Shown here in pieces: positions 10,029 through 20,069 of a DNA stretch of 64,000 nucleotides; the first letter of the stretch is position 1; each line of letters opens with the position of its first letter. Both the position numbers and the translations under genes were made by a program. The notes under the pieces are model-generated. The model was not told where the DNA came from. It saw nothing but the letters and a program-made list of their open reading frames with translations, and did no database searches. This DNA is from an uncultured delta proteobacterium (GTDB lineage: Bacteria > Desulfobacterota > Desulfobacteria > Desulfobacterales > JAHEIW01), in the NCBI GenBank assembly GCA_963706575.1, contig CAVPNL010000015.1, positions 256,001 through 320,000 on the forward strand, given 5' to 3'.

Positions 10029-11423
10029 ATGTTTGAAAACTTAGATCCTACCCTGTTGGCCCGTATTCAGTTTACTTTCACCATCGCATATCATATTCTT
10101 TTCCCGGCCTTTACCATCGGGCTGGCCAGCTGGCTGGCGGTGCTCGAGTGGCGCTGGCTCAGAACCGGCAATCCGATCTATGCCGACATCTATCGCATGT
10201 GGGTCAAAATCTTTGCGGTTACCTTCGGCATGGGGGTGGTTACCGGTGTGGTCATGCCGTTTCAGTTTGGCACCAACTGGTCGAGGTTTGTGGACGCCGG
10301 CGGCAATGTCATCGGGCCGTTGCTGGGCTATGAAGTTTTGACGGCCTTCTTTTTGGAGGCCTCATTTCTGGGGGTGATGCTGTTCGGCTGGAACCGCGTC
10401 AGCCCAAAAATGCACTTTGCTTCAACGGTCATCGTTGCGGCGGGGACATTGATTTCGGCTTTCTGGATTCTATCAGCCAACAGCTGGATGCAGACGCCGC
10501 AGGGATTCCGTGTCGGGGCTGATGGTCTGCTGTATCCCACCAGCTGGCTGGAGATAATTTTTACGCCCTCGTTCCCCTTTCGATTTGTGCACATGATCAC
10601 GGCTGCCTATCTGACGACCGCCTTTACCGTGGCCGGCATCGGTGCGTATTATCTGTGGCGCCAGCGCCATGTGCAGCATGCGCGCGTAATGCTCGGAATG
10701 GCCATGATCATGGCCATCTTCATTGCACCCCTGCAGGGGCTGTTCGGCGACCTCCACGGGCTCAACACGCTTAAACACCAGCCTGCCAAGGTGGCCGCCA
10801 TGGAAGGCCTCTGGGAAACCCGGCAGGGCGCGCCCCTGGTGCTTTTCGGCTGGCCGGATCAGGAAGCCGAGACCACCAAATACGCGATTGAAATTCCCAA
10901 AATGTCGAGCCTGATCCTCACCCACGACCTCGACGGCGAGGTCAAAGGGCTCAAGGAGTGGCCGCGGGAGGACCGCCCGCCGGCGGCTTTGGTATTCTGG
11001 GCTTTCCGCATTATGGTGGGGATCGGCATGCTGATGATGGCAACCGGCCTGATCGCGGTTATACTCTATTTTAAAAAACAGTTGTTTGAGACCCGCTGGT
11101 TCCAATACTGGTGCATGGCTCTGACGCCGGCCGGGTTTATTGCTGTGCTGGCCGGCTGGTTTGTAACCGAAGTCGGCCGCCAGCCCTGGATCGTCCAGGG
11201 ACTGATGCGCACCAGGGATGCCACTTCCCCGGTTATGGGGACATCCATTGCCATATCTCTGACGGCCTTTATTATCGTTTACGTTTTCGTATTCGGCGCC
11301 GGCAGTTATTACATCCTCAGCCTGATCGGCAAAGGCCCCGAGGATGCGGATGCGGCCTATGGCGACCATGGCGTCGAAAAGCCGCCGATCGTCACGGAAT
11401 TACCCAGGATAAAGGAAGAATAA
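10029..11423 (+). CDS. cydA: Cytochrome bd ubiquinol oxidase subunit I (short Q-loop, CIO-like)
   Basis: ARIQF..HILFP, FQFGTNW, FFLEA, NSWMQTP, QPAKVAAMEG and GWFVTEVGRQPW. Confidence 0.95.
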   Translation: MFENLDPTLLARIQFTFTIAYHILFPAFTIGLASWLAVLEWRWLRTGNPIYADIYRMWVKIFAVTFGMGVVTGVVMPFQFGTNWSRFVDAGGNVIGPLLGYEVLTAFFLEASFLGVMLFGWNRVSPKMHFASTVIVAAGTLISAFWILSANSWMQTPQGFRVGADGLLYPTSWLEIIFTPSFPFRFVHMITAAYLTTAFTVAGIGAYYLWRQRHVQHARVMLGMAMIMAIFIAPLQGLFGDLHGLNTLKHQPAKVAAMEGLWETRQGAPLVLFGWPDQEAETTKYAIEIPKMSSLILTHDLDGEVKGLKEWPREDRPPAALVFWAFRIMVGIGMLMMATGLIAVILYFKKQLFETRWFQYWCMALTPAGFIAVLAGWFVTEVGRQPWIVQGLMRTRDATSPVMGTSIAISLTAFIIVYVFVFGAGSYYILSLIGKGPEDADAAYGDHGVEKPPIVTELPRIKEE

Positions 11424-11424
11424 C

Positions 11425-12444
11425 ATGTTTAGTTTTGAAAGCTTAGTGGATCTGCCGCTGATATGGTTCGGGCTTATCGCCACCGCCATTTTCTTCTATA
11501 TTCTACTGGACGGTTTTGACCTCGGGGTGGGTATTCTTTTTCCGTTCGCACCGACCGACCGCTGCCGCGACCGCATGATGAATTCCATCGCCCCCTTCTG
11601 GGACGGTAACGAAACCTGGTTGATTTTAGGCGGCGGCGGCATGTTAGCCGCGTTCCCACTGGCATTTGTGGTTCTGATGCCGGCACTTTATATCCCGATA
11701 ATCATCATGTTGCTGGGGCTTATCTTCCGGGGGGTGGCATTTGAGTTTCGCTTTAAAGCCACCGGTAAATCCCGCCGCATCTGGGATTACGCTTTTCATT
11801 TTGGATCGCTGGTGGCGGCTTTAATGCAGGGCGTGATTATCGGCGCCATCGTGCAGGGGATCAAAGTCGAAGGCCGCAGCTATGCAGGCGGGGCTTTCGA
11901 CTGGCTGGACGCCTACAGTATCATGACCGGTGTGGCGGTTGTGTTTGGTTACGCTTTGCTGGGCGGCACCTGGCTGGTGGTGAAAACCGATGGTGAAACC
12001 CAGGCCTGGGCCCGCAAGAGCGCTATCTATGCGATCGGTTTTGTGGCTGTATTTTTGGCGGTCGTCAGCATCAGCATGCCGATTATGAATCCTGCAATTC
12101 GAAAGCTGTGGTTCAGCATGCCCAACTTCTTTTTGCTGCTGCCCATCCCGGCTGCCAGTTTGATCATGCTGCTCACTATTTGGCGCGATCTGCACACAGA
12201 TCGAGAACTTCGCCCGTTTTTACTGAGCTTCGGTGTTTTTTTGACCGGCTATCTCGGTATTGCCATCAGCACCTGGCCGTATATCGTGCCCTTCGAGATT
12301 ACCTTCCGCCAGGCGGCGGCTGCGCCCGAGTCGCAGTCGCTGTTATTGATCGGCACGGTCATCATGCTGCCGCTGATTCTGGCTTACGTCGGTTTCTGCT
12401 ACTACCTGTTCCGGGGAAAAGCATCCCATGAAAGCCTTTACTGA
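11425..12444 (+). CDS. cydB: Cytochrome bd ubiquinol oxidase subunit II
   Basis: LDGFDLGVG, PFWDGNETW, AAFP and RGVAFEFR; directly follows cydA. Confidence 0.95.
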   Translation: MFSFESLVDLPLIWFGLIATAIFFYILLDGFDLGVGILFPFAPTDRCRDRMMNSIAPFWDGNETWLILGGGGMLAAFPLAFVVLMPALYIPIIIMLLGLIFRGVAFEFRFKATGKSRRIWDYAFHFGSLVAALMQGVIIGAIVQGIKVEGRSYAGGAFDWLDAYSIMTGVAVVFGYALLGGTWLVVKTDGETQAWARKSAIYAIGFVAVFLAVVSISMPIMNPAIRKLWFSMPNFFLLLPIPAASLIMLLTIWRDLHTDRELRPFLLSFGVFLTGYLGIAISTWPYIVPFEITFRQAAAAPESQSLLLIGTVIMLPLILAYVGFCYYLFRGKASHESLY

Positions 12445-12547
12445 AAAACAGCGCCAATGGCTGTGGTTTGCGGTGCTGTGGTGTGGCGGACTCATCGCCG
12501 CTTTTCTCCTGTCCTATCTGGCCCGCTGGCTTATTTCGACAACTTAG
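12428..12547 (+). CDS. 39-aa single-TM small protein (DUF2474-like bd oxidase accessory), absent from the ORF track
   Basis: Translates as MKAFTEKQRQWLWFAVLWCGGLIAAFLLSYLARWLISTT*. Overlaps the cydB end and has a W-xxx-LW-xG pattern within one hydrophobic helix. Confidence 0.7.
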   Translation: MKAFTEKQRQWLWFAVLWCGGLIAAFLLSYLARWLISTT

Positions 12548-12562
12548 GAGAATGACAAAATG

Positions 12563-14368
12563 TCACTGTGAAGGTGGTTGTTCGGGTATGCCTGCCCTAC
12601 GCAAACCATCGATCCAGTGCTCCAGGTTGTCGGAATCTTTGTAAAAATATATGCTCCGCATGTAATCCAAATTATACCAGGGCCAAATTTTTAGTATCTC
12701 GTCTGCGTCTTGTCTGGCCTCACTCAGCCGGTCAAGTTTGGTTTTCACAACAGCTGAACCCGTATGGCCCCAAACCACTCCCATCGTAAATCCTGCTTTT
12801 CGGCCTTGATCAATAAGTCGCTCTGCAAGCGCCAGAGACTCATCATACCGCCCGACCCAATAGTATGCCGTCAGGGTGTGCCCCAAAAAATAGAGTGGCG
12901 CATGCGGGTGCAGTCGCATGGCCGTTTCACACATTTCGACAGCTTCTTCAAAATTTCCTGAGTAAATTAGAGCTTCCCCGAATAGAAGATATGCTTCGGC
13001 TACGTTTGGGCCGAGGGTGATGGCTTTCCGTCCTTCCTCAACTGCTTTTTCATGCTCTCCCTGAATCAGATAGAGGAGTGAAAATAGCGAATGAATACTG
13101 TGGTTCTTATCATTCATTGCCACAGATTTTTTTGCAAGTTCGAAAGAGAGTCTTATAGAGTCGTCTTTGGAATCAGTGTAGCCAAAAGAAGCATCAATTT
13201 TATGGGTCCAGGCCAACGCTGTTAAAGCTGCCGTATATTTGGGGTCAATCTTTACAGCCTTCTCGAAAAGCTCCCGAGATCTGACCATATCTTCTTTTCC
13301 AAATTTATAAAAAACACTCATTCCTTTGACGGCATAACCCCAGGCTTCAAAATTCAACGTGGAAGCATACCGCATGCTGGCCTGTTGGCCATCGGTCAGC
13401 TCCACCTGGAGGGCAACTATAACTTCCTGGGTGATTTCATCAAGCAGACTAAAGAGGTCATTCAGGTCCCGGTCGTAGCGCTCTGACCACATATGCCCAC
13501 CTGTTAAGGCATCGATGAGCTGGGCGGTTATTCTGACCTTATTCTCAGATTTCATAACGCTGCCTTCCAATACATATCGAACGCCTAGCTCTTCGCTGAT
13601 TTGTTGGACCTTAACGGGTTTTCCCTTGTAGGTGAATGATGAATTGCGGGCGATTACAAACAGTTCCGGGATGTACGAAAGAGCGGTGATGATGTTTTCA
13701 CTGATTCCATCCGCAATGTAATCCTGCCCAGGATCACCACTCATATTGTCAAAAGGAAGTACTGCAATGGATGGCTTGTCAGGTAATGGAAACGCCATTT
13801 TTTCAACTGAGGCAGGTTCGACTCGATTAGTAGCCTTTCCCGGATATGGCAGAACACGGTAAACTCGTACCGGTTTCTTTATGTTTTTGACTTTGTGTTC
13901 ACCTAAATCCTCGAACTCTAAATCAAGCTTGTTCTCCACGTGTTCAAAAGCTGTTCCGGAGATGCAAACGCCGCCGCCATGGCATATACTTTCCATCCGC
14001 GCGGCAATGTTAACGCCATCCCCGTAAATCCGATCTTCTTCTTCCACAACATCGCCAAGGTTAATACCGATGCGAAATGCCATTTTACGCTCCTCGGGCA
14101 ACTTTTCGTTTCGTTCGGCCAACTCTCGTTGGACCTCAGCGGCACATTGTACTGCATCGACCACGCTCGCAAACTCCGCAAGCAGATTATCTCCCGGGGA
14201 ATCCACCACCCTTCCCCCGTGCTGTTGGATGAGCGAGGTCATGGTCTCTTTGTAGGCCGTCAAAGTGCGGATGGTACTGACCTCATCATCACCCATCAGG
14301 CGGCTGTAGCCTTCGACATCCGCACTGAGGATCGCGGCGAGTTTGCGTTTGACCTTTTGATCAGTCAT
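12563..14368 (-). CDS. Class III adenylate/guanylate cyclase with TolB-like and TPR domains
   Basis: RKLAAILSADVEGYSRLM, GDN, FRIGINLGDV, GDGVNIAAR, KPSIAVLPF and TPR-like helices. Start is 14368 (after AAAGGT) or 14392. Confidence 0.9.
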   Translation of the reverse strand: MTDQKVKRKLAAILSADVEGYSRLMGDDEVSTIRTLTAYKETMTSLIQQHGGRVVDSPGDNLLAEFASVVDAVQCAAEVQRELAERNEKLPEERKMAFRIGINLGDVVEEEDRIYGDGVNIAARMESICHGGGVCISGTAFEHVENKLDLEFEDLGEHKVKNIKKPVRVYRVLPYPGKATNRVEPASVEKMAFPLPDKPSIAVLPFDNMSGDPGQDYIADGISENIITALSYIPELFVIARNSSFTYKGKPVKVQQISEELGVRYVLEGSVMKSENKVRITAQLIDALTGGHMWSERYDRDLNDLFSLLDEITQEVIVALQVELTDGQQASMRYASTLNFEAWGYAVKGMSVFYKFGKEDMVRSRELFEKAVKIDPKYTAALTALAWTHKIDASFGYTDSKDDSIRLSFELAKKSVAMNDKNHSIHSLFSLLYLIQGEHEKAVEEGRKAITLGPNVAEAYLLFGEALIYSGNFEEAVEMCETAMRLHPHAPLYFLGHTLTAYYWVGRYDESLALAERLIDQGRKAGFTMGVVWGHTGSAVVKTKLDRLSEARQDADEILKIWPWYNLDYMRSIYFYKDSDNLEHWIDGLRRAGIPEQPPSQ

Positions 14369-14393
14369 TTTTGATACCTTTGTTTCGACCATG

Positions 14394-14440
14394 TTGACAA
14401 AATTAATTCATTGCGATACATTTTTATTAAATGTGATACA
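14394..14440 (+). promoter_or_regulatory. sigma70 promoter and probable autorepression operator of vapBC
   Basis: TTGACA(14394)-N17-TACATT(14417). Direct repeat TGCGATACA/TGTGATACA overlaps the -10 and +1 region. Confidence 0.6.
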
Positions 14441-14453
14441 AGGAGGTCTCACA

Positions 14454-14693
14454 ATGCCGATAAGTCTTAGGATTCCCCCTGAAAAAGAAAAAAAGATTCA
14501 AAAATACGCCAAAAAAGCGGGTACCACCAAGACGGCTGTCATCCTTTCCGCGGTAGATGAAAAACTGGGTTTAACCAAAAACCGCGAACAACTCATTCGC
14601 GAACTCGCCGGCTGGCTCTCCCATGAAGAAGCAAGCGAATTGCGCGAAGCCGTTGAGGTGTTCAGCCAGGTACAAGAAGGAGATTGGGAGTGA
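14454..14693 (+). CDS. vapB: Antitoxin (ribbon-helix-helix, VapB-like)
   Basis: AGGAGG SD, MPISLRIP beta-strand start, acidic C-terminus; GTGA overlap with the PIN gene. Confidence 0.75.
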   Translation: MPISLRIPPEKEKKIQKYAKKAGTTKTAVILSAVDEKLGLTKNREQLIRELAGWLSHEEASELREAVEVFSQVQEGDWE

Positions 14694-15088
14694 AGCTGGT
14701 TCTCGATACCAATATTTATTGTGATTACGCCGAGGGGCTGCCACACGCTGTTGATTTCCTGGCAACCCGCGGTGATGATATTTACCTCCCTTCAATTGTC
14801 TTGGGTGAACTGACTTACGGCTTTATGAAAGGAAGCCGTCAGCAATTCAATGAAAGAAAACTTCAAGAAATAATCAATAAACTGAAAATCGAAATTGTTG
14901 ACGTCAATCAGAACGTCTCCAGGAAATATGCCATTATCTATTTATCTCTCTTCAAAAAGGGGGCCAAAATCCCAATTAACGATGTTTGGATCGCTGCCTG
15001 CTGTATGGAAGTCGGGGGAACCCTTTTAACCCGAGATCAGCATTTCCAGCATGTTGACCAGATAGAAACCGTGCTTCTGAGACCTTAA
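14690..15088 (+). CDS. vapC: PIN-domain VapC toxin
   Basis: LVLDTN, GEL, PINDVWIAA and LLTRDQHF acidic PIN motifs. Confidence 0.9.
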   Translation: MKLVLDTNIYCDYAEGLPHAVDFLATRGDDIYLPSIVLGELTYGFMKGSRQQFNERKLQEIINKLKIEIVDVNQNVSRKYAIIYLSLFKKGAKIPINDVWIAACCMEVGGTLLTRDQHFQHVDQIETVLLRP

Positions 15089-15177
15089 CGCTTCAAAATG
15101 TGGTGGGCACACAAATCTCACCGTTACGCTAATTCAACACTTTAGCGACTCAAGCGCTTCGTTCGCCAGCTTAAATA

Positions 15178-15251
15178 CCCGCCCGCCTCGCGAGCCCACC
15201 TGAATTCCGCTGGTTGGAAGGTAGTTCTTGAAATCGCGCAGGCGGGCAGGC
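15178..15251. repeat. GC-rich inverted repeat element
   Basis: Imperfect inverted pair CCCGCCCGCCTCGCGA ... TCGCGCAGGCGGGCAGG. Confidence 0.5.
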
Positions 15252-15318
15252 AGAAATTATGACTAAAATCGCTTTGATCCTGTTAATCCTGTCTAATTTG
15301 AAGCCGCAATTCCAAAAC

Positions 15319-15354
15319 AAAAAAAAGCCCACACCTCACTAAAGGCATGAGCCT
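15319..15354 (-). terminator. Intrinsic terminator
   Basis: AGGCTCATGCCTT-TAGT-GAGGTGTGGGCTT followed by a T-run. The 13-bp stem needs G-U pairs, so it folds fully only on the minus strand. Confidence 0.75.
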
Positions 15355-15665
15355 CTAATCAATCAGATACCCTGATTTAAAAATAACTATCCGGCAATGC
15401 TTCTGTGTATTTCGCTCCGCTGCAAGCTTCATCCTACAGACCTCCATCCGGATGCCAGTTAAATACGGCACCGGGTCATATGCAGAGCTTAACAAATTGC
15501 ACTTCACGCTGTTACGGGCAGAAGAAACAATTTTATATAAATTAAATATAGCGCCCCGGTTGGAGCTCATTTTTTTTACAAAATAAATGTTTCGACTAAA
15601 AGGGCTTTACCCATATCCTGCAACCACCGTCTTTAAATTGGATTCATAATATTTTCATAATTTAA
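15319..15665 (-). ncRNA. Candidate small RNA or small-peptide transcript
   Basis: Bounded by a sigma70 promoter and an intrinsic terminator, contains six GGA motifs, and encodes no recognisable protein. Confidence 0.35.
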
Positions 15666-15670
15666 AAACT

Positions 15671-15699
15671 AAAATATGCCACAATGTGGTATGTGTCAA
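15671..15699 (-). promoter_or_regulatory. sigma70 promoter with a palindrome in the spacer
   Basis: TTGACA-N17-TATTTT on the minus strand; the spacer contains CCACATTGTGG. Confidence 0.55.
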
Positions 15700-16121
15700 G
15701 CCGAGAAATTATAATAAAATAAAATGTTATTAATTACTTATGTACTATTATATAATAAAAATTGTGGGAATTTTTTCTAAAGTCCTCCGTATTCCTCCAA
15801 GACCGGGGGGTATTCAGGCGCAGGCGAAACAAAATAGTGAGACGATTTGAATGATTATCTTAGATTGAGATGCAATTGGGTAAAAAGTATCCAAAAATAG
15901 ATATTCACCCCGCATAGAAAATACCCGGTCATAGACGATTTTCCCGTTATTTTCCGGACCACACTTACTGTTTCTCTTCTGCTTTGGCAGCATCCTTTTA
16001 AAACTCTGAAACCAATGATCAAAAGTATTTCAATGATAATAAACACATAGCGAGCTTGAAAACAGGCTGATCGTTCCTACCTTAAGTCATATCAGAAAGG
16101 ATTTTCTCTTATAGAAAAATC

Positions 16122-16137
16122 AGGCACGCCCTTTGCT
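16122..16137 (+). promoter_or_regulatory. sigma54 -24/-12 promoter
   Basis: AGGCACGCCCTTTGCT (GG-N10-GC), 35 bp upstream of the RseC-like start. Confidence 0.7.
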
Positions 16138-16172
16138 CTACTAAGAGCGTATTAGAAATAGCGAGGTGAATA

Positions 16173-16631
16173 ATGTCAGCCGAACGCGGCATTGTTGAAA
16201 AGGTGGAAGCGGGATGGGCCTGGGTGAAAACCAAGCGCTCCAGCGCCTGTTCCAGCTGCGGCAGCCGCCATCATTGCCTGACACAGGGCAGTGATCAGAT
16301 GGTGGTTAAAGCCCAGAATAGCGCTCAAGCTCAAAAAGGCGATGAGGTGGAACTGTATTTGAGCACCAAAACCAAACTTAAAAGCACGGCGATTGTGTAT
16401 TTAATTCCGGTGTTTGGAATTTTTGTCGGCGCTTTTTCAGCCAATCCATTATCAGTGGTCATCGGCTTGAATCCATCACTGGGAATGGCGCTGTTTACGT
16501 TAACGGGATTGGTTCTATCCGTTTTTCTGATGCGCTATCTGGCGAACCGAATGGATTCCAAACAGGCGCTGACCCCTCTCGTAAAACGGGTGGTCATGAG
16601 CGCCCGATCAACGCCAATCAAGAGGATTTAA
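16173..16631 (+). CDS. RseC/MucC family membrane protein
   Basis: RSSACSSCGSRHHC motif, GDEV, YLIP and two TM helices; GAGGTG SD. Confidence 0.85.
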   Translation: MSAERGIVEKVEAGWAWVKTKRSSACSSCGSRHHCLTQGSDQMVVKAQNSAQAQKGDEVELYLSTKTKLKSTAIVYLIPVFGIFVGAFSANPLSVVIGLNPSLGMALFTLTGLVLSVFLMRYLANRMDSKQALTPLVKRVVMSARSTPIKRI

Positions 16632-16634
16632 AAT

Positions 16635-18164
16635 ATGATCAATCGACGTCAATTTCTATATCTGGCCGGGGCAGGTGCCGTAAACTTATTGAATATGAAC
16701 GGATTGCCATTCTCTAAAGTTGGAATGGCATCTTCAGAGAAAAGTGATTTCTTTCCCGACTTAGAACTATCTCTGACGGCCAGACCATCTGAAGTGCAAA
16801 TTTTCCCGGGTCAACCCACGACTGTTTGGCAATACAAGGGTCAGGTGATCAAAGGGGATCCCACCAGCCTGATGAATCTGGATCAATCCTTTTTAGGCCC
16901 CATCATCCGCACCCGCAAGAACCAGAAAGTTCGAATTCATTTTAACAATGACCTGCCGGACCGAAGTATTATCCACTGGCATGGCCTGCATGTCCCCGCA
17001 AAGATGGATGGTCATCCCATGTATGTCATCCCCACCGGAGATACGTTTACCTATGAGTTTGAAGTCCTAAACCGCGCCGGCACCTATTGGTATCACCCCC
17101 ACCCGCACGGCCGTACCGGCCATCAGGTCTACGGCGGCCTGGCGGGGTTATTTTTGGTTTCCGATGATGAGGAAGACAAACTAAACTTACCCGATGAAAA
17201 GCTGGACATTCCCCTGGTTATCCAGGACCGTTCATTTAATTCCAGCAACCAGTTGATATACCTGCCGCGGGGGATGCGCGACAGCATGACGGGCATGCTG
17301 GGCGACTCCATCTGTGTCAACGGCAAACCCGACTTCAAGCTTTCAGTCAGTACCCGAGCTTATCGCTTGCGCATCTTAAATGGCTCCAACTCGCGCATCT
17401 ATAAACTCGCCTGGAGTGACGGCACGCCGTTGACCGTCATTGCCACCGACGGCGGTTTGCTGGAAAAACCGGTTCAGAAAAAATATGTGGTCCTGGGTCC
17501 GGCCGAGCGGATCGAGCTGTGGGCGGATTTCAGCAAATACCCGCTGGGAACCTCTCTGGAACTGGTCAGCAAATATTTTGAAGCGGCCCTGCAGGCAAGG
17601 GCTATGGGGCCGCGCCGCGGAATGACGGGCGGCGACAAGTTGCCGAACGGCGCGCCTTTTAGCATTTTGAAAATCGATGTGGCCGGCAAAGATAAAGAAA
17701 CCCGCTTACTTCCGAACCAGCTGTCTGCAATCGAACGCTATCAGCCGCGGGATGCGGATAATTCCGATAACCCGCGGCGGTTTTCCTTTTTCATGAGACA
17801 TATGAATGGCCTGATTAACGGCCGCACGTTTCGCATGCAGGAAGTCGCCGCTGATGAACGCATCCGGCTCAATTCGACGGAACTGTGGGAGCTTGCCAAC
17901 GATGATCGTTCCATGGGAATGATGACGATGCCCATGCCCCATCCCGTTCACCTGCACGGCAAACAGTTTCAGGTGGTTGAACGCAGTGGGGCGCTGCACA
18001 GCGGCTACGTGGACGAGGGCTGGAAAGACACGGTTTTGCTGATGCCCGGTGAACGCGCAAAGATTGTCACCCGTTTTACGGATTACCCGGGGATGTTCTT
18101 ATATCATTGCCACAATCTGGAGCATGAAGACATGGGGATGATGCGCAACTATCTGGTCACTTAA
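16635..18164 (+). CDS. Tat-exported three-domain multicopper oxidase (CueO-like)
   Basis: NRRQFL Tat motif; HWHG, WYHPH, HPVHLHG and [13 protein letters not shown] give the complete Cu ligand set. Confidence 0.92.
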   Translation: MINRRQFLYLAGAGAVNLLNMNGLPFSKVGMASSEKSDFFPDLELSLTARPSEVQIFPGQPTTVWQYKGQVIKGDPTSLMNLDQSFLGPIIRTRKNQKVRIHFNNDLPDRSIIHWHGLHVPAKMDGHPMYVIPTGDTFTYEFEVLNRAGTYWYHPHPHGRTGHQVYGGLAGLFLVSDDEEDKLNLPDEKLDIPLVIQDRSFNSSNQLIYLPRGMRDSMTGMLGDSICVNGKPDFKLSVSTRAYRLRILNGSNSRIYKLAWSDGTPLTVIATDGGLLEKPVQKKYVVLGPAERIELWADFSKYPLGTSLELVSKYFEAALQARAMGPRRGMTGGDKLPNGAPFSILKIDVAGKDKETRLLPNQLSAIERYQPRDADNSDNPRRFSFFMRHMNGLINGRTFRMQEVAADERIRLNSTELWELANDDRSMGMMTMPMPHPVHLHGKQFQVVERSGALHSGYVDEGWKDTVLLMPGERAKIVTRFTDYPGMFLYHCHNLEHEDMGMMRNYLVT

Positions 18165-18183
18165 ATCTAAAGGAGATCTCTTT

Positions 18184-18543
18184 ATGTTTTCCGTAACAGT
18201 ATTACGTTACAGCATTTCAGCATTTATATTTTTTATTCTCGGTCTTTATCCATTTTCTTCAGTTTTTGCACAACAGGGAAGATACGACGGCCCGGGCATG
18301 ATGGGTGGCTGGGGAATGGGGTGGTTCGGCGGCATCTTTATGGTCGTCTTCTGGATTCTGATTCTGGTGGGTATTGTGTTTGGCATCAGATGGCTGTTTC
18401 AAGCTACCAGTAAAAAAGAAGATAGCAAGCAACATGGATCCCAGGCGATTGATATTCTTAAAGAGCGCTACGCCCGGGGAGAAATTGACAAGGCTCAATT
18501 TGAGGCCATGAAAAGCGATTTGGCTGACAAATCCAACCGATAA
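18184..18543 (+). CDS. SHOCT-domain membrane protein with Gly/Met-rich segment
   Basis: [12 protein letters not shown], a TM helix and [20 protein letters not shown]. Confidence 0.85.
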   Translation: MFSVTVLRYSISAFIFFILGLYPFSSVFAQQGRYDGPGMMGGWGMGWFGGIFMVVFWILILVGIVFGIRWLFQATSKKEDSKQHGSQAIDILKERYARGEIDKAQFEAMKSDLADKSNR

Positions 18544-18631
18544 GAATTTTCAAGGCCCGATCAAATTCTGACTTCTGCCATTAGCCATTCCGGGTTAATC
18601 TCTTTAGAGCTCTTTCTTGTTATTGGTTTTA

Positions 18632-18654
18632 AGGTGCGAATAATTTTCGCACCT
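18632..18654. promoter_or_regulatory. Perfect 9-5-9 palindrome: enhancer-binding-protein site or terminator
   Basis: AGGTGCGAA-TAATT-TTCGCACCT, ~150 bp upstream of a sigma54 site. A related TTTGCGA-AA-TCGCAAA lies at 18713-18728. Confidence 0.5.
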
Positions 18655-18803
18655 ATTGTTTTTTTTATTGCACCGGCTGCTGGAATTAAATCTGTTTAAA
18701 TATTAACAAATCTTTGCGAAATCGCAAAATTATATATGATTCAATATGGTTACGCTTTGACATGCTTTAATTAACCTGTTTTGCAGGTTGGTTTTACAAT
18801 AGA

Positions 18804-18819
18804 TGGCATGTCATTTGCT
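18804..18819 (+). promoter_or_regulatory. sigma54 -24/-12 promoter
   Basis: TGGCATGTCATTTGCT. Confidence 0.75.
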
Positions 18820-18895
18820 CAACGAAAGATCAGTTGGGAACGTGGCGTATGAATTGTATTGATTAACGCTGTGACGATTAAAGGAAGGAACGGTT

Positions 18896-19255
18896 ATGCT
18901 TTTTAAAAAAGAAGGAAACCTAAATTACTGTATCGTAATCGTTTTTTTGTTCATTGTTTTTTTTATTTCAGTTTCACTGGCCTTCAGCCATGGGGGCAAA
19001 CATAAACCGGGAGAGTTTTCGAACCTGCAAGCATTGAAAAAGGCAACTGAGCTATATGATCAACTTATCGGAAAAGGAAAATTGGATCAAAGTTGGGAAA
19101 ATAAACTTTCCCAGGTTGATGTATTCAAACGGGAAAAGGACGATAAAAGTGAAATTGTGGTGTCCTTTCAGCGTGAAAGTGGAGAACCGAAAACTGTCTA
19201 CATCTTCCTTAACGCCGACGGTAAGTATTCCGGGTCCAATTTTACCGGAGACTAG
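18896..19255 (+). CDS. Small exported protein with N-terminal His (DUF6488-like)
   Basis: Signal peptide ending AFS-HGGKH; GKLDQSW and VYIFLNADGKYSGSNFTG. Confidence 0.65.
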   Translation: MLFKKEGNLNYCIVIVFLFIVFFISVSLAFSHGGKHKPGEFSNLQALKKATELYDQLIGKGKLDQSWENKLSQVDVFKREKDDKSEIVVSFQRESGEPKTVYIFLNADGKYSGSNFTGD

Positions 19256-19360
19256 ATCGATAGCGAATTTAGAGGGGTTGAAGAAAACTTTTCGCGGAAG
19301 ATGCTGTTTGTTAAAAAGCTTTCTGCCAACTCTATGCGCTTTTTATTGATCAGGAGATTC

Positions 19361-19990
19361 ATGATGAGTCGAAATAATATTCCAGCTAGAAATCAAAAAT
19401 GGCCCACGCTGGCCCAGTTGCCCGTACCGGCAAAAGCATTGGTGAGCGTGGTCATATTAACGATGGCCTTTGCCATGGCCGGTGCGTTAGGTCAAATCAT
19501 CATTCATGACATCATTCCCACATTCTTTTCGGGTCAACCATCCGGTCATCTCGATAATGCTGAAAAGTCTGACCCATACGCATCGAATGAGAGTGATCCG
19601 GCCTCATCCAGCAGGGGTGATCTTTTCTCCGAAGAATCTTTCCAGGCTGAAACTCCCAAGAAACAGACCTGGTACCAAACGGAACAATTCGTCTGGACCC
19701 TAAAATGGACCCATATTCACCTTTTCGGGATAAACATGATTTTTATATTTATGGGAGTCATAACCATTTTTTTAAATATCAGCATCAGGGCACGAACCTG
19801 GCTGGTTATACTTCCGTTTATCGGGGTTTTGGTAGACATTGCAGCCATGTGGCTGAAAGGTCATATTTCGCCGGCATTCTTTTGGCTCCATATTCCCGGC
19901 GGGGGGCTTTTTGGAATTACATTTGCGATTGTCTCGGCTCGGGCATTTTGGGAGATGTCCGGAGTGCGAAAAAACTACGCACAGTATTAA
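19361..19990 (+). CDS. Hypothetical four-TM membrane protein
   Basis: AGGAG SD before ATG at 19361; TM1, a periplasmic loop, THIHLFG and three more TMs. Confidence 0.7.
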   Translation: MMSRNNIPARNQKWPTLAQLPVPAKALVSVVILTMAFAMAGALGQIIIHDIIPTFFSGQPSGHLDNAEKSDPYASNESDPASSSRGDLFSEESFQAETPKKQTWYQTEQFVWTLKWTHIHLFGINMIFIFMGVITIFLNISIRARTWLVILPFIGVLVDIAAMWLKGHISPAFFWLHIPGGGLFGITFAIVSARAFWEMSGVRKNYAQY

Positions 19991-20069
19991 ACGAATATTT
20001 CAAAAGTGTAAAAAAATAAACTGCCCATAATTGTTGGTTTTGTAATCTGATAAAATGAGGTTTTCACCG

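Noticed and set aside
10473..11369. Long antisense ORFs (also 50370-51095, 38133-38801, 1954-2526)
   Set aside because: They are shadow frames opposite well-supported genes and carry no motifs.
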